Below, one piece after another: positions 57,880-64,000 of a DNA stretch of 64,000 nt. The translations under genes and the position numbers were made by a program. Every line of letters begins with the position of its first letter. Within the stretch, counting starts at the first letter, position 1. The notes beneath the pieces were generated by a model that was given only the letters and a program-made list of their open reading frames with translations, was not told the DNA's origin and made no database searches. The stretch is from Candidatus Latescibacterota bacterium (GTDB taxonomy: Bacteria > Latescibacterota > UBA2968 > UBA8231): assembly GCA_965243025.1 (NCBI GenBank), contig CBDETY010000003.1, positions 3,904,001 to 3,968,000 of the forward strand, in the 5' to 3' direction.

Positions 57880-57966
57880 TCAGAACACGCGTAATGGGGC
57901 GATCGGATTATTGACGCCGGCGTTGGCTGGATAATTCTGCCTGCGGTCTTTCTGACGGGCCATCAT
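57880..57966 (-). CDS. Leader peptide 1 (28 aa, MMARQKDRRQNYPANAGVNNPIAPLRVF), near-leaderless
   Basis: ATG 8 nt after the -10 box; four Asn codons ending in NNP; stop codon lies within the antiterminator arm. Confidence 0.72.
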   Translation of the reverse strand: MMARQKDRRQNYPANAGVNNPIAPLRVF

Positions 57967-57974
57967 GCTCTTGC

Positions 57975-58003
57975 AACGTATGAGGAGGGCCGCACTCCGT
58001 CAA
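57975..58003 (-). promoter_or_regulatory. Sigma70-type promoter of the aspS leader
   Basis: TTGACG-17 bp-TACGTT on the minus strand, just after the soxR stop. Confidence 0.7.
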
Positions 58004-58014
58004 ACCCGCTTCCT

Positions 58015-58485
58015 TCAACCGCCGGATGCGCCCACTTTCCCGGAACCTCCCATCAGGGAACTGCCGTCGACGCGGGATGCCATCTCGTCATCCCGGTTGA
58101 AGAGCGAGCACGACCGCAGGGACAGGCAGCCGCAGCCTATGCATCCCGTGAGGTTCTCTTTCAACCGCTCGAGCGTCTCAATCCGCTCTTCCAGCTGATC
58201 CCTCCAGCCCCTCGACAGGCGTGCCCAGTCCGCCTTGTTCGGTGTGCGCCCGTCCGGAAGCGTGTCCAGCGCTGACCGGATTTCCCGGAGCGGCACTCCG
58301 ATTCTCTGGGCGGCCCGAATGACGGCGACGCGGCGCAATACCGCCTGTCGATACCGGCGCTGGTTCCCGCCGGTCCGCTCCGAGGCGATCAGGCCCTCGG
58401 CTTCGTAAAACCGCAACGCAGAGGTCGCGACTCCGCTTCGCGCCGCTACGTCCCCGATGGTCAAAGTGGGTGAAAGTGGTGCCAC
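58015..58485 (-). CDS. soxR: Redox-sensitive transcriptional activator SoxR
   Basis: MerR HTH, GNQRRY and CIGCGCLSL..C [2Fe-2S] motif. Confidence 0.96.
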   Translation of the reverse strand: MAPLSPTLTIGDVAARSGVATSALRFYEAEGLIASERTGGNQRRYRQAVLRRVAVIRAAQRIGVPLREIRSALDTLPDGRTPNKADWARLSRGWRDQLEERIETLERLKENLTGCIGCGCLSLRSCSLFNRDDEMASRVDGSSLMGGSGKVGASGG

Positions 58486-58495
58486 AAGGTTTTCC

Positions 58496-58526
58496 TTGAC
58501 TTCAAGTATACTTGAAGTTGCAGATT
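58496..58526 (+). promoter_or_regulatory. SoxR-controlled promoter with SoxR box
   Basis: Perfect palindrome ACTTCAAGTA-TACTTGAAGT (58499-58518) between -35 TTGACT and -10 CAGATT, with the 19-bp MerR-type spacer. Confidence 0.92.
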
Positions 58527-58617
58527 CGATCCAGGCTCATCCGAAGAGCCTGCCTTACCGGCTTCGGTGACCTGGAACCAGGGAAGCGGATGCCGGAAAC
58601 ACCGAAAGGAGAAAACC

Positions 58618-60369
58618 ATGGGAAAACCGGCAAGGGAACGGCTGAACGCGGGATCGATCGATGAGATAAAACACAAGGGAAGAATCCTGGTTCGGGGAGG
58701 GCCTGTCCCGATCGTCCTCTTCTGCTCGGAGGGGGAATTTCACGCGGTCGACAACCGCTGTCCCCACATGGGGTTCCCCTTGCATCGCGGAACCATCGAG
58801 GACGGTATCCTGACCTGTCACTGGCACCACGCCCGTTTCGATCTGCGGAGCGGCTGCACCTTCGATCTCTTTGCCGACGACGCGGCGACATATCCGGTCG
58901 AAGTCGAGGACGGTCGCGTCTTCATCGATGTTTCCGCAAACACCCGCAATCCGGTGGAGCATGGTCTGCGGAGGCTCGAGGAAGGCATGGACCAGAACAT
59001 CAGGCTCGTGATCGCCAAAGCCGTTGTCGCCCTCCTGCACGCCGGGGCGAATGCCGACGACATTTCCCGGGCGAGCGGCCTGTACGGGGTACGGCGCCGG
59101 CGTTCGGGATGGGGGAACGGGTTGACGATCCTGACGGCGATGGCAAACGTGAGCGACCATCTCCGCGGTGACGAACGCATCGCCCCGCTTTATCAGGGGG
59201 CTGCGCAAATCGCATCCGACACGAGCGGTCAGCCGCCCAGGATTCCGCTGCGGCCGCTCGAAAGCCGGGAAATCCCGCGGGGCTCCCTGAGACGGTGGTT
59301 CCGCTACCTGGTCGAGGTGCGCAACGCGGACGGGGCCGAACGCACCCTGCTCACCGCCGTCGAGGGCCCTCTGAGCCAGGCCGATCTGGCGGAAATGATG
59401 GTGACTGCGGCGACCGACCACTTCTACCTCGACGGCGGCCACGTCGTCGACTTCATCAACAAGGCCTTCGAGCTGCTCGACCGCATCGGCTGGGAGTACG
59501 CGGCAGACGTCCTGCCCTCCTTGATCCCCCAACTCAGCAGGGCGCAGCGCAGCGAAGAACAGAACAGCTGGCGCTCTCCCGTCGACCTCGTGGCGCTCCT
59601 GAGCGAGGCGTTCGACTCGCTGGATCAGCTGCTGGAAGAAGGGCAGGGAGCAGAGTGGAAACGGGACGGTGAGTTCACGGAGAAGCTACTGCAGGACGAT
59701 CCCGGAACGATTGTAGCGGCCCTGAACGAAGCGCTGAAGCAGGGCGCGCGCCCGGTACAGCTGGCGGAGGCAGTAGCCCAGGCAGCGGCGCTCCGGGTAG
59801 CCCGGTTTCACGTGCAGAACGAGTTCTCGGACTGGATCTCGGTGCTGCACACCTTCTCGTACGCCAACGCGCTGCACCAGATGCTGAAAAGGGCGGAGTC
59901 GGCCGAAATGCTGCGCGGCGTCTACCATGGGGCCATGCGCGTCTACCTCGACCGCTTTCTCAATGTTCCGGCTGCGCGCCTGCCCGGCGGAAGCGCGAGG
60001 AGGGCGCCGGGCAATGAGCATCGCGAGGCAATGGAGGGATTCCTGCTTCTGCTCAACCAGCAGCAGAAGGTCGATGAAGCCGGGGAACTCGTTCACGGCT
60101 ACCTGGCATCGGGGGGTGAACCGGGGCTCCTGTTCCGCACGCTGGCGGAATCCCTGGTGAGGGAAGACGCCGAGTTCCACAGCTTCCAGATGCTCGAGGC
60201 GGCCATCCGCCAGCACGGAGAGCGCACCGATATCGAGGAGCAACGGATCCTGATGGTGGCAGCGGCCCGTTTTCTGGCGGCCAAGGCGCCGACTCAGCGG
60301 GAGCTGTTCCAGACACTTCGAATCGCCCGGCGGCTGCACCGCGGGGAGGCTGTCTACGAGGAGAGTTGA
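58618..60369 (+). CDS. Rieske [2Fe-2S] domain protein with long helical C-terminal region
   Basis: CPHMGFPL...CHWHHARFDL; RBS AAAGGAG before MGKP. Confidence 0.88.
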   Translation: MGKPARERLNAGSIDEIKHKGRILVRGGPVPIVLFCSEGEFHAVDNRCPHMGFPLHRGTIEDGILTCHWHHARFDLRSGCTFDLFADDAATYPVEVEDGRVFIDVSANTRNPVEHGLRRLEEGMDQNIRLVIAKAVVALLHAGANADDISRASGLYGVRRRRSGWGNGLTILTAMANVSDHLRGDERIAPLYQGAAQIASDTSGQPPRIPLRPLESREIPRGSLRRWFRYLVEVRNADGAERTLLTAVEGPLSQADLAEMMVTAATDHFYLDGGHVVDFINKAFELLDRIGWEYAADVLPSLIPQLSRAQRSEEQNSWRSPVDLVALLSEAFDSLDQLLEEGQGAEWKRDGEFTEKLLQDDPGTIVAALNEALKQGARPVQLAEAVAQAAALRVARFHVQNEFSDWISVLHTFSYANALHQMLKRAESAEMLRGVYHGAMRVYLDRFLNVPAARLPGGSARRAPGNEHREAMEGFLLLLNQQQKVDEAGELVHGYLASGGEPGLLFRTLAESLVREDAEFHSFQMLEAAIRQHGERTDIEEQRILMVAAARFLAAKAPTQRELFQTLRIARRLHRGEAVYEES

Positions 60370-60453
60370 CCGGCTTCGCGGGCGCTGTTTGCAGGTATGG
60401 CCCGTCAATTCGGGCCTGGCCGTGCTCCGGGGGGAAGCCCGGGCACCAAGCCC

Positions 60454-61260
60454 CTACTCCGGCTCGACCCCTATCGATTTCAGGAAATCCAGGATCGGGC
60501 GCTCTTCCTCCTGCGTATGGAAACCGTGAGCCGCCCAGTACAGCCCGGTCCACGGGCCGCCGAGAATCCGGGTCCGCGAGTTGACGTCCACGCCCTGCTC
60601 GATCAGGAAGCGGATCACGTCCAACCTCAGGTGGTAGCAGGCCAGACCGAACGCCTGCTCGACCAGTTCCTTCTCGTCCCTGGCGATGGGAAAATGCGGC
60701 CCGTCGTAAACCGCGGCGGGATCGAGCCGGCCGTCGGAGCCGAACCAAGACCGCATCCTGTCGAGGTCTCCGGCGCCGGCGGCGAACAGCAGGTTGTCGA
60801 TGCGCGCCCCGCACCGCACCAGCATGTCGACTGATTGCGTGTAGCTGAACATCAGGGCGGTCGCCAGCGGCGCGCCGTCGTCGGCCACGCCGTTCACGGC
60901 GGCTCCGGCATCGCACAGGACCTTCACCAGGTCCGGCTGCAGTCCCGCTTCGGCAGGATGGCAGCTCGAAACGAGCAGGCAGAGGGTCGTCTGGTTCGTG
61001 CCGCCGCCATAGGTCTCCGCGAGGGCGTCGACTTCAGCCCCGGCCTCGAGCAGGATCCGGGCTATCTCCACGGCGTTCGGCGGCGTCTTCTGCAGCTCGT
61101 CCTCGATGCCATTGGCCCCCACGTAGTGCAGGAGGGTCGACCGGTGTTTGGACCGGGCACGGGCTTGGATCAGGCCGGGGTCTTCCTGCAGCAGTTTCTT
61201 CAGTGCGGCCGCGTCCCCGGTGATGACGGCGGTTACCGCTTCGTCGAATCGCGTGCTCAT
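60454..61260 (-). CDS. Ankyrin repeat protein
   Basis: STLLHY, ILLEAGAEVD, LCDAGAAVN, FLIEQGVDVN. Confidence 0.85.
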   Translation of the reverse strand: MSTRFDEAVTAVITGDAAALKKLLQEDPGLIQARARSKHRSTLLHYVGANGIEDELQKTPPNAVEIARILLEAGAEVDALAETYGGGTNQTTLCLLVSSCHPAEAGLQPDLVKVLCDAGAAVNGVADDGAPLATALMFSYTQSVDMLVRCGARIDNLLFAAGAGDLDRMRSWFGSDGRLDPAAVYDGPHFPIARDEKELVEQAFGLACYHLRLDVIRFLIEQGVDVNSRTRILGGPWTGLYWAAHGFHTQEEERPILDFLKSIGVEPE

Positions 61261-61301
61261 TCTATGGCCTTTCTCCCGGGCTGGTTCGTCCGTGCCTGTG
61301 T

Positions 61302-61396
61302 ATTGATATTGTATATACAGTGCTGGGGACAGATTTCGGCTGATCTCCGCGCGGACAGCGACGCCAGCCGAAAGGAAACAGTATGAAGACCAGTGA
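61302..61396 (+). pseudogene. Internally deleted BrnT-like toxin remnant
   Basis: DIVYTVLGTDF (N-terminus-like) abuts, out of frame, RLISARTATPAERKQYEDQ* (BrnT C-terminal signature), which overlaps the antitoxin start. Confidence 0.68.
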
Positions 61397-61673
61397 TTTG
61401 AAAAAAAGACTGACGAGGAATCGGACGATGGTACCTGTGAGCATTCGAATGCCGGAAGACGTTATCGACGATCTCAAGCGCATCGCCCCTCAATTGGGAT
61501 TTTCCGGATACCAACCGCTCATTCGAGCCTACATCGGGCAAGGTCTTCGTCAGGATCTCCTGCGTCTGGAAAACAACCCCGGGCTTGAATTTTTCGTAAA
61601 AAGCCTGCTTCAACACGGGGTAGATTCGAAAACCATCGAACAGGCAATGGCCGACGTGAAGCAGCCTGCCTGA
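61383..61673 (+). CDS. CopG/RHH (BrnA-like) antitoxin
   Basis: VSIRMPEDVIDDLKRIAPQLGFSGYQPLIRAYI. Confidence 0.82.
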   Translation: MKTSDLKKRLTRNRTMVPVSIRMPEDVIDDLKRIAPQLGFSGYQPLIRAYIGQGLRQDLLRLENNPGLEFFVKSLLQHGVDSKTIEQAMADVKQPA

Positions 61674-61770
61674 CGGATGTTTCAGACCCCAACCGGATTG
61701 CCGCCCCTTGGTGTCCGAAGGGGTATCGAGGTTTCAAAGAGTTGGAAAAATGGGCCTCCGTCCTCAGGGG

Positions 61771-63552
61771 TCACCGTTTCTTCCCACGGCCAGGCCGATC
61801 ACTCCTTCCGCGGCCCTTGCCGGCACCCTTGGTCCGGGCCGTTTTCCGCCGGCCGGCTCCTTTCCCGGCTGCCGCTGGCTTCCCCCGGCTTTGCGGTTCC
61901 GGCGCAGCCGCCTCGAAGTTGATGCGCCGCTCCTCCAGGTCGACCTCCACAAGGCGCACGGTCAGCCTGTCGCCGAGGGTATAGGCAACTCGCGTGCGGC
62001 GGCCGACCAGGGCATGCGCCTCCTCCCAGACCTCGAAGTAGTCGCCGCTGCGCTCGCCGAGAGTGCGGACCGGCACCAGGCCTTCGGCGAACAGCTCTTC
62101 GGGACGGACGAACAGTCCCGCGGCATGAACGCCGGTTACCCGGGCCGGCATCACCTCTCCCAACCGCCTGCGGGCGACGAGGCAGGCGGCGACCTGAACG
62201 ATCTCCCGCTCCGCTTCGATGGCGCGCCGCTCCGTCTCGGAGGAGCTCTCCGCCGCGGCTTCTAGACGGCGCAGCTCGGGCTTCTTCAGCCAGTGGTTCC
62301 AGAGGGCGCGGTGGACGAGCAGGTCGGGGTAGCGCCGAATCGGCGAGGTGAAGTGGGCGTAGGCTTCCGAGGCCAGCCCGAAGTGGAGGTCGACCTCGGC
62401 CGAGTAGAAGGCCTGGCTCAGGGAGCGCAGCAGCAGCATCTGCCCGCTCTCGGACTGGCGCGACTGCTTGAGCCTGGCGAGCAGCCCGGCGACCGCTTTC
62501 GGGGTGTTCTCCTTGCCGGTCCTCACCGGGTGTCCGAAGCGCTTTGCCCAGGCGGCCATCAGCTGCCACTTCTCCCGCGGCGGCGGCGGATGCACCCGGT
62601 AGACCCCCTCGAGACCGCGGTCGAGCAGGTGCTCGGCGACCGACTCGTTGGCGGCGACCATCAGGTCCTCGATGACCCGGTGAGCCGGCAGCGGGTTGCG
62701 GGCCACGACGTCGGCGGGGCCGCCCCCCTTGTCGAACAGGACCTCCGGCTCGGGGATCTCGAGATCGAGGGAGCCTTTCTCCAGGCGCCGGCGGCGCAGC
62801 AGCCGCGAGGCCTCGATGCAGTCCCGGACAACCGCTGCCGCCGCCTCGGGAACGGCGTCCGGGGCGCCGTCGATCTGCGCCTGCACCTGGGTGTAGGTGA
62901 GGCGGGCGGCGCTCTGGATCAGGGAAGGGTAGATCTCGATGCTGCCGCGCCCGCCGTCGCCGTCGACCACCATTTCGCAGGTCACGGTCAGCCGCGGTTC
63001 CCCGGGAACGAGCGAGCACAGCCCGTTCGACAGCCGTTCGGGAAGCATAGGCAGGACGCGCCCCGGCAGGTAGACGCTGGTGCCGCGCAGCAGGGCCTCC
63101 CGGTCGAGGGAGCTGCGCGCCGTGACGTACCGGGCGACGTCGGCGATCGACACCCAAACCCGGTAGCCCTCCCCCTGCTTCCCGGCCGACACCGCATCGT
63201 CGAAGTCCCTGGCGTCCTCCCCGTCGATGGTGACGTGGATGCGCGAGCGCAGGTCGCGGCGCCTTCCCCGGGCCAGCGCCTTTTCCGGGTCGACCTCGGG
63301 GAAGGCGCCGGCCTGTGCGAGCGCCTCTTCCGGGAAGGCGGCGGGCAGGTCGAGATCATCGATGGCATTTGCGAGATACGCGGCCGCCGGGGCGGACCTG
63401 GCGGGGGCCTTCCTGCGGCCGGCTGATTGCGCTGATTGCTTCTGACGCTTGCCCCTTGCCGCGGCAGGTCTGCCCCCGCTCTTCCGCCGGGGAACGGAAC
63501 GCCGCGGGGTTTTGCCGCCTTTTCCTTTTCGAGATTCTGCCAAATTCTTCAC
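61771..63552 (-). CDS. rnr: Ribonuclease R/II family exoribonuclease (RNB + S1)
   Basis: TIDGEDARDFDDA, HFGLA, HFTSPIRRYPDL; S1 domain; basic tails. Confidence 0.9.
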   Translation of the reverse strand: MKNLAESRKGKGGKTPRRSVPRRKSGGRPAAARGKRQKQSAQSAGRRKAPARSAPAAAYLANAIDDLDLPAAFPEEALAQAGAFPEVDPEKALARGRRRDLRSRIHVTIDGEDARDFDDAVSAGKQGEGYRVWVSIADVARYVTARSSLDREALLRGTSVYLPGRVLPMLPERLSNGLCSLVPGEPRLTVTCEMVVDGDGGRGSIEIYPSLIQSAARLTYTQVQAQIDGAPDAVPEAAAAVVRDCIEASRLLRRRRLEKGSLDLEIPEPEVLFDKGGGPADVVARNPLPAHRVIEDLMVAANESVAEHLLDRGLEGVYRVHPPPPREKWQLMAAWAKRFGHPVRTGKENTPKAVAGLLARLKQSRQSESGQMLLLRSLSQAFYSAEVDLHFGLASEAYAHFTSPIRRYPDLLVHRALWNHWLKKPELRRLEAAAESSSETERRAIEAEREIVQVAACLVARRRLGEVMPARVTGVHAAGLFVRPEELFAEGLVPVRTLGERSGDYFEVWEEAHALVGRRTRVAYTLGDRLTVRLVEVDLEERRINFEAAAPEPQSRGKPAAAGKGAGRRKTARTKGAGKGRGRSDRPGRGKKR

Positions 63553-63738
63553 TCAGTCCTGTTGGTCCGGGGTGTTACCGGGGGTCCCTGACAACTCGGG
63601 CTGTCCGTTGGTTGGCCACTGCGAAGGTCCCTTGCCGCACAGGTTCCCGAAAGAAACGGAGGCCGGATTCACGCCGAGTTGCACCTGCTGTCACTTCAGA
63701 GGAGGAACACTCTCCCCTCCCACGGGGAAGCGGTGGTC

Positions 63739-63768
63739 TTGACATTGTTCCTGAGCAAAAGGTACTCT
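63739..63768 (+). promoter_or_regulatory. Sigma70-type promoter
   Basis: TTGACA-18 bp-TACTCT. Confidence 0.55.
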
Positions 63769-63944
63769 CGGCGGCAGAATGAAGGACGCGATCAGACATT
63801 ACTTGAACGAGGCGGACCGGATTGCTTTCGAGATAAGCCGGTCCGCAGCGTATTACCTGCCCCGAGGGGGATATCCATGCCCGGTTCGGAACTGGGATCG
63901 TCTGCCACCGTAACATTCGCGTAACTGAGGTGCGAATCGAATTC

Positions 63945-63984
63945 AGGCCGTGGGGGGTTCCTCCGCGGCCTTTTTCATTTTTTT
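63945..63984 (+). terminator. Intrinsic terminator
   Basis: AGGCCGTGGGGG...CCTCCGCGGCCT stem followed by TTTTCATTTTTTT. Confidence 0.85.
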
Positions 63985-64000
63985 ACGGATACGAAAGATG

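Noticed and set aside
57619-57970. T-box riboswitch upstream of aspS
   Set aside because: No T-box GGTGGNACC consensus or stem I features are visible; leader-peptide attenuation explains the structures.
63584-63690. Inverted repeat CAACTCGG...CCGAGTTG upstream of rnr as an ncRNA
   Set aside because: A single 8-bp stem in GC-rich DNA with no recognisable RNA family features.
1-64000. tRNA, rRNA, IS, integrase or prophage genes
   Set aside because: None recognised by eye; tRNAscan-SE, cmscan or ISEScan would be needed to exclude them formally.

Overview
High-GC bacterial chromosomal window. FlgD-Ig/T9SS-like C-termini, WGxxK tails, ASPIC/UnbV, NHL, TPR and ankyrin proteins and a DUF6785-like transporter suggest a Latescibacterota/Gemmatimonadota-like, possibly sponge-associated organism (inference only). 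Contents: secreted repeat proteins; small catabolic gene groups; a glycosylation locus (fcl, GT-C, GT2, methyltransferases); a run of seven lipoprotein genes (NHL proteins, cytochrome P460-like, MbnP, MbnH) followed by a haloperoxidase homolog lacking catalytic residues; several toxin-antitoxin loci, three with a destroyed toxin; aspS; soxR with a divergent Rieske target; and rnr. The most striking unannotated signal is upstream of aspS (58003-57647, minus strand). A sigma70-type promoter is followed by two short leader ORFs in tandem (MMARQKDRRQNYPANAGVNNPIAPLRVF and MTFRYKHTARAISHDNDDNNPAIRARWRWP), each with its own mutually exclusive antiterminator/terminator pair. This looks like a tandem Asn/Asp-sensing ribosome-mediated attenuator controlling a non-discriminating AspRS. 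Also notable is a frameshifted, defensin-like CxxxC/CxC peptide gene behind a sigma54-type promoter and three palindromic operators. All calls come from reading the sequence by eye; no searches or folding programs were run.
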